The position numbers and the translations under genes were made by a program. From Candidatus Eiseniibacteriota bacterium (GTDB lineage Bacteria > Eisenbacteria > RBG-16-71-46): DNA of 64,000 nt. The notes below the pieces were generated by a model, which had not been told where the DNA came from, ran no database searches, and worked only from the letters and a program-made list of their open reading frames with translations. Shown one piece after another: positions 51,573-62,354 of the stretch. The stretch's first letter is position 1, and the number at the start of each line of letters is the position of its first letter. The stretch lies in NCBI GenBank assembly GCA_963707915.1, contig OY970178.1, positions 3,424,001-3,488,000 of the forward strand, written 5' to 3'.

Positions 51573-53300
51573 ATGTCATCCGTCGCACGCGTCCTCAGCC
51601 TCATCCTCCTCGCGGCCGCGACGGCGGGGCTGCCCGTCCGGGCGGCCGGATTCCCTGCCGTCCCCGGCCCGGACGCTGCCCGGCCCGGCGACCGATCCGG
51701 AACCGCGGCCCCGGCCCCGGACGCCGCGGGGGCGCTCGACCACTATCTCTCCGGCCTGCTGTTGGAAGAACGCGGGATCGAGGCGGACGCGCTCGAGGAG
51801 TACCTGCAGGCGCTCCGCCTGGATCCGGGGCGGCCCGGGATCGAGCTCCGGGTGAGCGAGATCGCGGGTCGGCTCGGACAGTCGGAGCGCTCGCTCGAAT
51901 ATGCCCGGCTCGTGCTCGAACACGATCCCGGCGATGCGCGCGCCGCCTGGCTGCAGGGCAGCGCGCTGTTCAACCTGGGACGGCCCCAGGAGGCGCTGGA
52001 GGCGCTCCGCGCCGCCGTGGCCGCCGATTCGCAGCAGGTGGACTACTGGAGGACGCTGGCCCGCGTCGCCGACCTGCTCGACCAGCCCGACCTGGCGGCC
52101 CGGGGGTGGCGCCACGCCGTCGCGCTCGACGCGGACGACGGGGAGGCCTGGTTCCAGCTGGCCGCGATCGAGACGCGCTGGGGCCACTTCGTGCTCGCCG
52201 ACTCCCTCCTGAGCGAGGCGGTGGCGATCAACCCGGTGCGGCCGGGCGCGCTCTTCCTCGCCGGCTGGATCCAGGACGGCCTCGGGCACCCGACGGAGGC
52301 CATGCGACTCTACCGTCAGCACCTGGAGCTCCATCCTGCCGACCAGGTCACCCGGCGCCGCCTGGTGCGCCTGCTGGTGGGCGCGGGGCGGTACGCCGAG
52401 GCCTACGACGAGGTTCGAGTCGTGCGACGGGCGGAGCCCGACGATATCGAGGCGATCGGCGTCGAGGCCGACCTGGCGCTGCGCCTCGGCCACGCCGACC
52501 GGGCCGGCGAGCTGCTGGACGAGTTGGTGGCGTCCGACCCGGCCGACCCGGCCCGCGTGGCGCAGGTGGCCGGCATCCTCACGCGGCGCGGTCGCGAACG
52601 CCAGGCCCTGGCGCTGGTGGAGGACTGGAGCCGGGGCCACGCCGCCGACTACCGCGGCCTGATGCTCCTGGCCCAGATGCGCGCAGAGACCGGCGACACC
52701 GCCGGGGCCGAAGCGGTGGCGCGGCGCGCCGTCGAGATCGTCCCGGACTCGCTGGCGCCGCGCTTCCTGCTGGGGGGGCTGATGCAGGCGCGCGGCCGGT
52801 TCGCCGCGGCCGAATCCCTGTGGGCGGACCTGGTGCTCCGGGGACGGGCTCCGGCGCGGGCGGGGCTGCAACTGGCCTATTGCCGCGAACGGATGGGCGA
52901 CGTGGACGGCGCGGTGCGCGCGGTCCGCGAGGTGCTTGCCCGCGAGCCCGGGAGCAGCGAGGCGCTCAATTCCCTGGGGTACCTCCTCGCCGATCACGGG
53001 CGCGACCTGGCCGAGGCGGAGGACCTGGTTCGAAGGGCCCTGGCGCAGGAGCCGGACAACGGCGCCTACCTGGATTCGAGGGGTTGGGTCTACTATCGGC
53101 TCGGCCGGCTGGCGGAGGCGCGAGCGGACCTCGAACGGGCGGCCGAGTTGACCGACGGGGACCCGGTGGTCTGCGAGCACCTGGGTGACGTCTACAAGGA
53201 CTTGAACCTCACCGACTTGGCGAGGGAGCAGTACGCGCGGAGCCTGAGCCGGGACCCGGGCAACGCCCGGCTCCGGGACAAGCTGTCCAGGTTGCGCTGA
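51573..53300 (+). CDS. Exported TPR protein
   Basis: Signal peptide; TPRs; ALNSLGYLLAD...YLDSRGWVYYRLG...EHLGD. Confidence 0.9.
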   Translation: MSSVARVLSLILLAAATAGLPVRAAGFPAVPGPDAARPGDRSGTAAPAPDAAGALDHYLSGLLLEERGIEADALEEYLQALRLDPGRPGIELRVSEIAGRLGQSERSLEYARLVLEHDPGDARAAWLQGSALFNLGRPQEALEALRAAVAADSQQVDYWRTLARVADLLDQPDLAARGWRHAVALDADDGEAWFQLAAIETRWGHFVLADSLLSEAVAINPVRPGALFLAGWIQDGLGHPTEAMRLYRQHLELHPADQVTRRRLVRLLVGAGRYAEAYDEVRVVRRAEPDDIEAIGVEADLALRLGHADRAGELLDELVASDPADPARVAQVAGILTRRGRERQALALVEDWSRGHAADYRGLMLLAQMRAETGDTAGAEAVARRAVEIVPDSLAPRFLLGGLMQARGRFAAAESLWADLVLRGRAPARAGLQLAYCRERMGDVDGAVRAVREVLAREPGSSEALNSLGYLLADHGRDLAEAEDLVRRALAQEPDNGAYLDSRGWVYYRLGRLAEARADLERAAELTDGDPVVCEHLGDVYKDLNLTDLAREQYARSLSRDPGNARLRDKLSRLR

Positions 53301-53353
53301 CCACACGGAACCCCAATCCACGGGCGGGGTAGTAACGATGGGCGAGGAGCCTG

Positions 53354-53977
53354 TTGCCGACTGACCGAGACGCATCGGCGCCTCCGATCCTGAGCCTCTC
53401 GGACGAGGATCTCATGGACCGGGTGGCGGTGGACGACCAGAGAGCGTTCCCTGAGCTCGTGCGTCGTTTCCAGGGCCGGGTCACCAATCTGGTGAGCCGG
53501 GTCCTGAACGATCGGGAATGCGCCGACGACCTGGCGCAGGAAGTCTTCGTGCGGGTGTTCGTGCACCGCCGAAACTACCGGCACGGGTCGAAGTTCTCGA
53601 CCTGGGTCTTCACGATCGCCGCCAACCTCGCGAAGAACGAGATCCGGCGGCGGGTCCGCAGACGCAACTGGTTCAGCCTGGATGCGCTGGAAGAGACGTT
53701 GAAGGACCGTGCGATCCAGCTCGCGGATACCACGGAAGGTCGGGAGACGACGCTCGAGCGGGAGCAACTCCAGGACGCCGTGGGGCGGGCGATCGCGACG
53801 GTGCCGGAGAAGTACCGGCTGGCCCTGGTCCTGAGGGACATCGAGGGCCTGCCTTACGAGGAGATCGCACAGGTGCTGGGAATCCCGGGCGGGACGGTGC
53901 GCTCGCGCATCAACCGCGCCCGGGGCATGCTCAAGCACAAGCTTCAACCGCTGCTCGCGAAAGCAGGAGACCCATGA
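53354..53977 (+). CDS. ECF sigma factor
   Basis: DLAQEVF, KFSTWVFTIAAN, YEEIA...GTVRSRINRAR. Confidence 0.94.
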   Translation: MPTDRDASAPPILSLSDEDLMDRVAVDDQRAFPELVRRFQGRVTNLVSRVLNDRECADDLAQEVFVRVFVHRRNYRHGSKFSTWVFTIAANLAKNEIRRRVRRRNWFSLDALEETLKDRAIQLADTTEGRETTLEREQLQDAVGRAIATVPEKYRLALVLRDIEGLPYEEIAQVLGIPGGTVRSRINRARGMLKHKLQPLLAKAGDP

Positions 53978-54549
53978 TCTGCAAACGGGCCCGGCACCTC
54001 TTCGGGGCCTGCTGGGATGACGAGCTCACGCAGGCCGAGCGGGACGGGCTCGAGAGCCACCTCGCCTCGTGCCCGGCGTGCCGTGCGGAGTACGACGATT
54101 TCTCCCGCACCCTCGAGCTGGCGGCCTCGCTTCCCAGGATCGACGCCTCCGCCGACTTCGCGGACCGGGTGCTGGCGCGCGCGCGCCGCGCCACGACCGC
54201 GCCGGACCTCGTCCGTGGGACCGGCGCGCGCTGGGTGCCCGCCGCCGTGGCGGCCGCGGCGGCCGTGCTGGTCATCGCCGCCGTGCTGGTCGGGCCGAAC
54301 CTCCGCTGGAAGTCGCCGGCCTCGAGCCAGGCCCCGCGGGTCGTCGAGATCAACGGGCCGCGGGAGCCGCGCTTCGCACCGCAGGCCGACCTGGAGCCGG
54401 GGGCTCGCCGTCCGGAGGCCCGCCGGGGGGACGATGAGAGCCTGTTCGATCCGGACAAGAACGTCGAGTTCGTGCTCGGCTCGGTCGAGGTGGGTGGCGG
54501 CCGGGTCAAGCGGGACCCCGAGGGACAGCAACCGATCATCACCTTCTAA
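53974..54549 (+). CDS. zf-HC2 membrane anti-sigma factor
   Basis: MIC...HLASCPAC followed by a TM helix. Confidence 0.9.
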   Translation: MICKRARHLFGACWDDELTQAERDGLESHLASCPACRAEYDDFSRTLELAASLPRIDASADFADRVLARARRATTAPDLVRGTGARWVPAAVAAAAAVLVIAAVLVGPNLRWKSPASSQAPRVVEINGPREPRFAPQADLEPGARRPEARRGDDESLFDPDKNVEFVLGSVEVGGGRVKRDPEGQQPIITF

Positions 54550-54567
54550 GCGAAGGCATCCGCCGGG

Positions 54568-55701
54568 ATGACGAAAAGAGGCTATCGCGCGGGGCGCCGG
54601 GCGGCCTGGCTGGCCGGCATTTTGGTGTTGCTCCTCGCCCCCTCTGCCCGCCCCCAGGCTGCGCCGTCCGCTCCGCCCGATGGCGTCGAAGCGATCGCAA
54701 ACCAGGCCGCGCGCAGTGTGGTCACGGTCTCCGCCCAGCGCACCGAGCCCCGCAGCCGGCCCCGCCCCGCGCGTTCCGCTCCCCGCGTGTACACCTCGGT
54801 CGGCTCGGGCGTGGCGGTGGAGGAGAACGTCATCCTCACCACCGCGAGCGTCGTGCTGGGCTCCGAGCGCATCGTCGTGCGCACCGCCAACGGCCTCGAG
54901 GCGGAAGCGCAACTGGCCGGCATGGACCTCATCTTCAACGTGGCCATGCTCCGGGTGCCGGACCTGCAGATCCCGTGGCTCAAGCCCGCCGCGGTCCCGG
55001 CCCAGCTCGGCGACCGGGTGATCGTGGTGGGGACCTCCTACCGGGCCCAGTCCACGCAGTCTGTCGGCATGGTCGAGTTCGTCTACCGGGAGCCGCGCAC
55101 TTCGCTCCTGCAGCTCACCAACATCGTCTACCCCGGCAACAGCGGGGGGGCGGCGCTCAATCCCCGGGGCGAGCTGGTGGGGATCGTGCAGGGCGAACTC
55201 GGCGCGCCCGACCCCGGCATCGGCGGGACCGCCGACCGCCGGCCGGGCGGGAGCAGCATCGTGATGCCCATCCGGCAGGTGTGGCCCGTCTACGAGAGCC
55301 TCAAGCGGGACGGGCGCATGCACCACGGCTACCTGGGCGTCAGCACGCGGGCGGAAGCGGTGCGCAGCGAGATCGACAGCGCGGTGGTGGCGCTAGGCGC
55401 CAGGGTCGAGAGCGTGCAGGCCGGCGGTCCGGCGGAGCGCGTGGGGCTCAGGCCCCGGGACCTCATCGTGGGCTTCGAGAGCGAGCGGGTCGAGTACCCC
55501 GAGCAACTGGCGCGCTGGGTGGCCGAGACCCCCCCCGGCACGGCCGTGACCCTGGTCTGGGTCCATGGCGACGAGCGGCGCTCCGGACGCGTGGCCCTGG
55601 CCGAATCGCGCGATTCGCTCCCGGCCTGGGCGCTGGGCGGCTTGCGCGGGTCCCCGAAGCCGAGCCCGGCACCCGCCGCGGGCGGCAGCCGGCGGCGTTG
55701 A
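54568..55701 (+). CDS. HtrA/DegP-like trypsin-PDZ protein with a degenerate catalytic triad
   Basis: GSGV, PGNSGG, HGYLGV and PDZ present; His and Asp motifs altered. Confidence 0.85.
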   Translation: MTKRGYRAGRRAAWLAGILVLLLAPSARPQAAPSAPPDGVEAIANQAARSVVTVSAQRTEPRSRPRPARSAPRVYTSVGSGVAVEENVILTTASVVLGSERIVVRTANGLEAEAQLAGMDLIFNVAMLRVPDLQIPWLKPAAVPAQLGDRVIVVGTSYRAQSTQSVGMVEFVYREPRTSLLQLTNIVYPGNSGGAALNPRGELVGIVQGELGAPDPGIGGTADRRPGGSSIVMPIRQVWPVYESLKRDGRMHHGYLGVSTRAEAVRSEIDSAVVALGARVESVQAGGPAERVGLRPRDLIVGFESERVEYPEQLARWVAETPPGTAVTLVWVHGDERRSGRVALAESRDSLPAWALGGLRGSPKPSPAPAAGGSRRR

Positions 55702-55789
55702 AGTCGCGGCGCTGGCCCCGGCCGCTGCGGTCGCCGCAGGCTCCCCGCGGCCCTTCGCGCCCGCCGGATTGAGCCCTATACTGCGCGGC

Positions 55790-56893
55790 ATGGCTGACCT
55801 GCTGTTGCGCTACCCCGCCACCCGCGCCAGTTCGCGGGTGCGCATCGCGCGTGGCGGGCTCGACCGGCTCGGCGCGTTCGTGCGCGCAGCCATCGGCGCC
55901 AGGCGCGTCGTGGTGGTGAGCGATGCCCGGGTGGCGCGGCTCTACGGAGCGCGGGCCCTGCGCTCGTTGCGGGCCGCCGGGTGCGCGGCCGACCTGTTGC
56001 GGGTGCCGCCCGGGGAGGGCTCGAAGAGCCTCCCGCGCCTCGCCCTGCTGTGGGAGCGTTGCGCGGCGCTCGGGCTCGAGCGTGCCGACGCCGTGGTCGC
56101 CCTCGGTGGTGGCGTCACCGGCGACCTCGCCGGGTTCCTCGCCGCCACCTGGCTGCGGGGCGTGCCCTGGGTGGGCGTGCCGACCTCGCTCCTCGCGCAG
56201 GTGGACAGCAGCGTGGGGGGCAAGACCGCGGTGAACCTGCCGGCCGGGAAGAACCTCGTGGGGGCCTTCCATCAGCCGGCAGGCGTGCTGGTGGATCCGG
56301 ATGTCCTGGGAACGCTGCCCGTCCGCCATCGCCGGGCGGGCCTCGCCGAGGTGGTGAAGTTGGGGCTCGCGGTGGATGCGCCGCTCTTCGCCTGGCTCGA
56401 ACGCAACGCCGAGGCCCTCGCGGCCGGCGACCCGGGGACGCTCGCCGGGGCCGTCACCCGCGCAATCCGGGCCAAGGCCCGCGTCGTGCTCGCCGACGAG
56501 CGGGAGCGCGCCGGCGGGCCCCGCACCGCCCTCAACCTCGGGCACACGACCGGCCACGCGCTCGAAGTGGTGACCGGGTACCGCGTGCTCCTGCATGGGG
56601 AGGCGGTGGCGCTGGGGCTGCGTGTGGCCACGGCGCTGTCGGCGAGCGTGGCGGGGTTGCGCCTCGAGGACCGGGTCCGCGTGGAGGTGCTGCTCGACCT
56701 GTTCGGGCTGCCCTGGAAGGTCCCGCCGGTCCCGGTGGGACGCCTGCTGGCTGCCATGCGGTCCGACAAGAAGCGTTCGGGGCGGATGACCCGGTGGGTA
56801 TTGACGCCCCGGATGGGCCATGCTAGCGTCCCGCGCTTGGTTTCCGGGCGGCTGGTGCGTGTCGCCCTGCTGGAGGCCGGAGCCGTGGGATGA
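55790..56893 (+). CDS. aroB: 3-dehydroquinate synthase
   Basis: GGGVTGDLAGF, VDSSVGGKT, LNLGHT, HGEAV. Confidence 0.96.
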   Translation: MADLLLRYPATRASSRVRIARGGLDRLGAFVRAAIGARRVVVVSDARVARLYGARALRSLRAAGCAADLLRVPPGEGSKSLPRLALLWERCAALGLERADAVVALGGGVTGDLAGFLAATWLRGVPWVGVPTSLLAQVDSSVGGKTAVNLPAGKNLVGAFHQPAGVLVDPDVLGTLPVRHRRAGLAEVVKLGLAVDAPLFAWLERNAEALAAGDPGTLAGAVTRAIRAKARVVLADERERAGGPRTALNLGHTTGHALEVVTGYRVLLHGEAVALGLRVATALSASVAGLRLEDRVRVEVLLDLFGLPWKVPPVPVGRLLAAMRSDKKRSGRMTRWVLTPRMGHASVPRLVSGRLVRVALLEAGAVG

Positions 56894-57348
56894 GCCCCAA
56901 AGTGAAGCGAATCCTCGTTCTGCACGGACCGAACCTCAACGCGCTGGGGACACGGGAGCCGGCGGTCTATGGCCGGGCGACCCTGGATGACATCCGCGGC
57001 CTCCTCGAGACCCTCGCCCGGCAGCTGGGGTGCGAGGTCGAGTGCCGGCAGAGCAACCACGAGGGTGTGCTGATCGACGCTCTTCACTCGGCGAAAGGCA
57101 GCGCGGACGGGGTGCTCCTCAACCCGGGCGGGCTGACCCACACGAGCGTTTCGCTGAGGGACGCGGTGCTGGCGGCCGGGATCCCCGTGGTCGAGGTTCA
57201 CCTGAGCAATCCCTACGCTCGCGAGACGTTTCGGCACACTTCATTGATCTCCGGGGCCGCCGTCGGGGTGGTCCAGGGTTTCGGCCCAGCGGGCTACGAA
57301 CTGGCACTGCGCGGGCTGATGGGAGTCCTCTCCCGTGACCAAGCCTAA
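56890..57348 (+). CDS. aroQ: Type II 3-dehydroquinate dehydratase
   Basis: HGPNLN.LG.REP, QSNHEG, EVHLSN. Confidence 0.96.
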   Translation: MSPKVKRILVLHGPNLNALGTREPAVYGRATLDDIRGLLETLARQLGCEVECRQSNHEGVLIDALHSAKGSADGVLLNPGGLTHTSVSLRDAVLAAGIPVVEVHLSNPYARETFRHTSLISGAAVGVVQGFGPAGYELALRGLMGVLSRDQA

Positions 57349-57442
57349 CCGTTTGCGTGGCAAGGCCAAGAAGACGAGTCCGCCTCCGGCGGACAAAGCC
57401 GTGAAGCCGGCCCCCCCGGGGACCGATAACGCCGGTGGTGCC

Positions 57443-57916
57443 ATGCTGGGTGTGGTGGGGTTGACCGAACTCCGTCAGCTCATCCGCCTCGTGCAGCGCA
57501 CCGGCATCGGCGAACTCGAGGTCAGCTCCGGGGACCGGACGGTGCGCATCGCCGCCCATTCCCAGCTCCCGGTGAACGTGGGTCTCTCCTCCGCGGCGGC
57601 TTTCGCCCCCGCGCTGGAGCGGCCGGCGCCAACCGCGGCAGTGACGGCGCCGTCCGCCCCGCTGTTGACCGATAACCTCGCCGCGATCACGTCCCCCATG
57701 GTCGGGACCTTCTACCGGGCTCCGGCCCCGGACGCGGATCCGTACGTCGAGCTGGGCGACATCGTCGAGGTGGGGCAGACCGTCTGCATCATCGAGGCGA
57801 TGAAGCTCATGAACGAGATCGAATCCGAGCACCGGGGACGAGTGGTGAAGATCCTGGTCGAGAACGCCCAGCCGGTCGAGTTCGGGCAGAAGCTGTTCCT
57901 GATCGAGCCCGCGTGA
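57443..57916 (+). CDS. accB: Biotin carboxyl carrier protein (alternative start at 57335)
   Basis: SPMVGTFY, EAMKLMNEI. Confidence 0.94.
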   Translation: MLGVVGLTELRQLIRLVQRTGIGELEVSSGDRTVRIAAHSQLPVNVGLSSAAAFAPALERPAPTAAVTAPSAPLLTDNLAAITSPMVGTFYRAPAPDADPYVELGDIVEVGQTVCIIEAMKLMNEIESEHRGRVVKILVENAQPVEFGQKLFLIEPA

Positions 57917-57947
57917 GCCCGGACCGGGCGCACGAAGGGTGCCGTCC

Positions 57948-59147
57948 ATGAACATCCGCACCGTGCTCGAGAAGATGATCGCGGCCCACGCCAGCGACCT
58001 GCACCTGAAGGCCGGGACCGCGCCCGTGGTGCGCGTGGACGGCGTCCTCTACACCCTCGAGGAGAGCTCGCCGTCGGCGCCCGAGCTGCGCGACGTGGTG
58101 GACCAGTTGCTCAACGACGAGCAGCGGCTCTACTTCTCGACCCACAGCGAGATCGACTTCGCCTTCGGGGTCTCGGGCCTGGCCCGCTTCCGCGCCAATT
58201 GCTTCATGCAGCGCGGCACGCCGGCGCTGGCGCTGCGCCACGTGCCGGTCGAGGTGCCGAGCATCGAGGACCTGACGCTGCCCCCGATCGTGCGCGAGCT
58301 GGCGTTCCAGCCGCGCGGGCTGGTGCTGGTCACCGGGCGCACCGGCTCGGGCAAGTCCACGACGCTGGCCGCCATGATCGACGCCGTCAACCGGGTCACG
58401 ACCCGCAACATCATCACCATCGAGGACCCGATCGAGTTCCTGCACCGCGACCGCCTGTCCTTCATCCACCAGCGCGAGGTGGGCCTGGACACGCGCTCGT
58501 TCCACGACGGCCTCAAGTACGTGCTGCGCCAGGACCCCGACATCATCCTGGTCGGCGAGATCCGCGACCTGGAGACGATGAGCACCACGTTGATGGCCGC
58601 GGACACCGGGCACCTGGTGCTCTCGACCCTGCACACCACGGACGTCGTGCAGACGCTGCAGCGGATCATCTCCTTCTACCCGCCGCACCAGCACGACGAA
58701 CTGCGCCTGTCCATGGCCTCGAACCTGCGGGCGGTGATCTCCCAGCGCCTCATCCCGCGGCGCGACGGGGCTGGCCGCGTGCCGGCGATCGAGGTCATGA
58801 CCGGCACGCCGACGGTGCGCGAGTACATCATGAACCCGGACAAGACCCCGCTGCTCCGCGCGCTGATCGCGGAAGGCATGACCCAGTACGGGATGCAGAC
58901 CTTCGACCAGTCCATCATGGGCCTGCTGCGCGAAGGGTTGATCAGCGAGGAAGAAGCGCTCAAGAACGCGAACAACCCGAACGAGCTGGCGCTCAAGCTC
59001 AAGGGCATCGACGCCTCGTCCGACCGCACGTGGCAGCCGGTCCAGGGGACCGGGACCTCGCCCGGGGCGGGCGGGGGGGGCGCCAGCGGCGAGGGCGCCG
59101 CGCGCGGCGCCGTGGCCGTCCCACCCAACGAGGGGTTCCTGAACTGA
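57948..59147 (+). CDS. pilT: PilT/PilU-family retraction ATPase
   Basis: [45 protein letters not shown]. Confidence 0.92.
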   Translation: MNIRTVLEKMIAAHASDLHLKAGTAPVVRVDGVLYTLEESSPSAPELRDVVDQLLNDEQRLYFSTHSEIDFAFGVSGLARFRANCFMQRGTPALALRHVPVEVPSIEDLTLPPIVRELAFQPRGLVLVTGRTGSGKSTTLAAMIDAVNRVTTRNIITIEDPIEFLHRDRLSFIHQREVGLDTRSFHDGLKYVLRQDPDIILVGEIRDLETMSTTLMAADTGHLVLSTLHTTDVVQTLQRIISFYPPHQHDELRLSMASNLRAVISQRLIPRRDGAGRVPAIEVMTGTPTVREYIMNPDKTPLLRALIAEGMTQYGMQTFDQSIMGLLREGLISEEEALKNANNPNELALKLKGIDASSDRTWQPVQGTGTSPGAGGGGASGEGAARGAVAVPPNEGFLN

Positions 59148-60532
59148 TGTTCCGCAAGGTCCTGGTGGCGAATCGGGGAGAGATCGCGCTGCGCATCATC
59201 CGCGCCTGCCGCGAGCTCCGGATCTCGACGGTGGCGGTCTTCAGCACGGCCGACCGCGACAGCCTGCACGTGCGGCTGGCGGACGAGTCGGTGTGCATCG
59301 GACCGCCCCCGCCCGTGCAGTCCTACAACCACATCGCGCGGCTGATCTCGGCGGCCGAGATCGCGGGCGCCGACGCCATCCACCCGGGCTACGGATTCCT
59401 CGCCGAGAACGCGCACTTCGCCGACGTCTGCGAGTCCTGCGGCTTCACCTTCATCGGCCCGACCGCCGAGATGATCCGCCGGATGGGGGACAAGATCGAG
59501 GCGCGCCGCACCATGAAGGATGCCGGCCTGCCGGTCGTGCCGGGCAGCGAGGGTGCGGTCCCCGACGTCGAGGAGGCGATCTCCCTGGCGCGCGACATCG
59601 GTTTCCCGGTCATCATCAAGGCCGCGGCGGGCGGTGGCGGACGGGGCATGCGCGTGGCGTGGGACGAGAAGCAGTTGCGCCTGGGCTTCGGGGTCGCGCA
59701 GGCGGAGGCGGGCGCGGCCTTCAGCAACAACGTGGTCTACCTGGAGAAGTACATCGCCCGTCCGCGCCACATCGAGTTCCAGTTGTTCGGCGACACCCAC
59801 GGCAACCTGGTCCACCTGGGCGAGCGCGAGTGCTCGGTGCAGCGGAACCACCAGAAGCTCATCGAGGAGGCGCCGAGCCCGCTCCTGACGGAGGAGCAGC
59901 GCCGGACCATCGGCGCGCTGGCCGTGCGCGGCGCCCGGTCCATCGGCTACCGGGGCGCGGGCACCATGGAGTTCCTGTTCGACCAGGACGGCACCTACCA
60001 CTTCATGGAGATGAACACGCGCATCCAGGTCGAACACCCGGTCACCGAGGAGGTGACCGGCCTGGACCTGGTGAAGGAGCAGATCCTGGTGGCGGCGGGC
60101 GAGAAGCTCTCGATCCGGCAGGAGGACGTGCGCTGGGAGGGGCACGCCTTCGAGTGCCGCATCAACGCGGAAGACCACGAGCACGGCTTCCGGCCGAGCC
60201 CCGGCGCGATCACCTACTTCTACCGCCCCGGCGGACCCGGCCTGCGCATGGACAGCCACGTCTACGCCGGCTACACCGTGCCGCCGTTCTACGACTCGAT
60301 GATCGGCAAGCTCATCGCGCGCGGGAAGGACCGACCCGAGGCGCTGCGCCGCATGGAGATCGCGCTCGAGGAGCTGATCGTGGAGGGCATCAAGACCACG
60401 ATCCCCTTCCATCTCCTCGCGGTCCGCGACCCGGCGTTCCAGCGGGGCGACCTCGACACGCACTTCGTCGAGCGGCTGCTCGGGCCGGCGCTCGCGCCCG
60501 CGCGGGCCGCCGCCGCCGCCGCCGCGGGCTAG
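59147..60532 (+). CDS. accC: Biotin carboxylase
   Basis: [34 protein letters not shown]. Confidence 0.97.
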   Translation: MFRKVLVANRGEIALRIIRACRELRISTVAVFSTADRDSLHVRLADESVCIGPPPPVQSYNHIARLISAAEIAGADAIHPGYGFLAENAHFADVCESCGFTFIGPTAEMIRRMGDKIEARRTMKDAGLPVVPGSEGAVPDVEEAISLARDIGFPVIIKAAAGGGGRGMRVAWDEKQLRLGFGVAQAEAGAAFSNNVVYLEKYIARPRHIEFQLFGDTHGNLVHLGERECSVQRNHQKLIEEAPSPLLTEEQRRTIGALAVRGARSIGYRGAGTMEFLFDQDGTYHFMEMNTRIQVEHPVTEEVTGLDLVKEQILVAAGEKLSIRQEDVRWEGHAFECRINAEDHEHGFRPSPGAITYFYRPGGPGLRMDSHVYAGYTVPPFYDSMIGKLIARGKDRPEALRRMEIALEELIVEGIKTTIPFHLLAVRDPAFQRGDLDTHFVERLLGPALAPARAAAAAAAG

Positions 60533-60548
60533 CCCGCCGCACCGCATC

Positions 60549-61238
60549 GTGCCGGCGCAGGTCGCCGTCCTGCTCACCCCCGGGGACGGGACCGTGCCCG
60601 CGGGGGCCACCGCCGTGGTGGTGGACGTGCTGCGCGCCACCACCGTCCTCACGATGGCGCGCCTGCACGGGGCGCGCGCGATCCTCGCCGCCGGCACGCC
60701 CGGGGACGCCCTGGCGCTGCGCGCCCGGTTCCCCGGCGCCCTGCTGTGCGGCGAGCGCGACGGGCGCCGGATCGAGGGCTTCGACCTCGGCAACTCGCCC
60801 TTCGAGTACGGCCCGGAGACCGTCGGCGGCCGTACGCTGGTCTTCGCCTCCACGAACGGCTCGCAGGCGCTGCTCGCCGCGGGCCCCGCGCGGCGGCGGG
60901 TGCTCGGCGCCTTCGTCAACGCGAGCGCGGTGCTCGAAGCGGTGGCCGCGGACCGGCGCGTCGCCGTCGTGTGCGCGGGCAAGCTGGGCGGCTACGCGCT
61001 CGAGGACGCCGCCCTCGCCGGCTGGCTGGTGGAGCGGCTGGCCGCGCGCGGCGCGCTCGTCCGTGGCGCCGCGGCGGCGTTCGCGCGCCGCATCGCCCCG
61101 CGCGACGCGGCCGAGGTGCGCGCGCTGGTGCAGGGCTCCGCGCACGGGCGCACCCTGCGTGCCATGGGCGCGGGGTACGCGCGCGACGTGGAGTTCTGCG
61201 CCGGGCTCGACACGATCGCGCGGGCGTTCGAGGCCTGA
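60549..61238 (+). CDS. comB: 2-phosphosulfolactate phosphatase family protein
   Basis: VDVLRATT, GER.G..IEGFDLGNSP, STNG, ED. Confidence 0.9.
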   Translation: MPAQVAVLLTPGDGTVPAGATAVVVDVLRATTVLTMARLHGARAILAAGTPGDALALRARFPGALLCGERDGRRIEGFDLGNSPFEYGPETVGGRTLVFASTNGSQALLAAGPARRRVLGAFVNASAVLEAVAADRRVAVVCAGKLGGYALEDAALAGWLVERLAARGALVRGAAAAFARRIAPRDAAEVRALVQGSAHGRTLRAMGAGYARDVEFCAGLDTIARAFEA

Positions 61239-61274
61239 GCCGGGGCGGGGGAGGCGCCCGGCCCCCCGCCCCGC

Positions 61275-62354
61275 CTACCGGCCCTGGGCCCGGGTCATCA
61301 TGACGGCGCCCACCGCGCCGAAGACCAGGTCCCCCAGCCAGCCGGCCAGGTACGGGTTCAGCACGCCGGCGTGCCCCAGCGCCTGCCCGGTGCGCAGCAG
61401 GGCGTAGTAGCAGAAGGAGATGACGATCGAGAGCCCGAAGCCGAGCGCGGCGCTCTGCAGCCGCAGGCGCGTGGCCACTGGTGCGCCGATCAACACCACG
61501 ATCAGGTTGACCAGCGGGAAGGCCAGCTTCACCTGCAGGTCCACCAGGTAGTTCGCCACGCGTGCCCCGCTGGCGTGCAGCTTCTGCACGTAGGACCACA
61601 ACTCGAAGAAGTTCATCTCGGCGGGGTTGCGGGTCTCCTTGGCGAAGTCGGCCGGCTGCTCTTCGATCCCGTTCACCGCCATGCGGTCGAAGGCCTTCAC
61701 CCGCTCCCGGTTGTCCCGGAACTCCCGCAGGAAGCCCGAGGAGAACACCCAGCGCTTCCCGTCCCAGCTGGCCTCGGCGGCGTCGAGGCGCCGCACCAGG
61801 GCCCCGGCGCGAAACTCCTGGAGCGAGACCTCGTGCATGCGCTTCTCGCCCACCAGATACAGCCGCATGTAGAAGATGCGGCCGCCCTCGCCCAGGTACG
61901 TGACGTCGGCCCGCTCGGTCACCGGCTCGCGCCGCATGCCCTGGAGCTCCTGGTCGTAGATCTCGTCCCGCTGCCGGTTCGTCTCCAGCACGACGGATTC
62001 GCCCAGCGCGAGCGAGAGCAGCGTGGCCGCCACCGACACCGCCAGCACCGGCGCGAGGATGCCCATCAGCGAGCGCCCGGAGGTGAGCATCGCGGTCAGC
62101 TCGCCGAACTTGTTGAGCTGGCCCAGCGAGAGGAAGGTGGCCATCAACAGCGCGATCGGGAGCACCTGCACCAGCCACTCGGGCAGGCGGTAGAGGTAGT
62201 ACCGCGCGATCAGCGAGAAGGCGGCGTGGTGGTCGAGGAACACGTCGATCTTCTCGAAGACGTCCACCACCATGAAGATGGCGAGGATGCCGACCAGCCC
62301 GAGGGCGAGGTAGCCGGCGAACTCCCGGAGCAGGTAGCGGTCGAGCAATCTCAC
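61275..62354 (-). CDS. lptG: LPS export permease LptG
   Basis: RLLDRYLLREF, GELTAM..SG, KLAFP; follows lptF. Confidence 0.88.
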   Translation of the reverse strand: MRLLDRYLLREFAGYLALGLVGILAIFMVVDVFEKIDVFLDHHAAFSLIARYYLYRLPEWLVQVLPIALLMATFLSLGQLNKFGELTAMLTSGRSLMGILAPVLAVSVAATLLSLALGESVVLETNRQRDEIYDQELQGMRREPVTERADVTYLGEGGRIFYMRLYLVGEKRMHEVSLQEFRAGALVRRLDAAEASWDGKRWVFSSGFLREFRDNRERVKAFDRMAVNGIEEQPADFAKETRNPAEMNFFELWSYVQKLHASGARVANYLVDLQVKLAFPLVNLIVVLIGAPVATRLRLQSAALGFGLSIVISFCYYALLRTGQALGHAGVLNPYLAGWLGDLVFGAVGAVMMTRAQGR

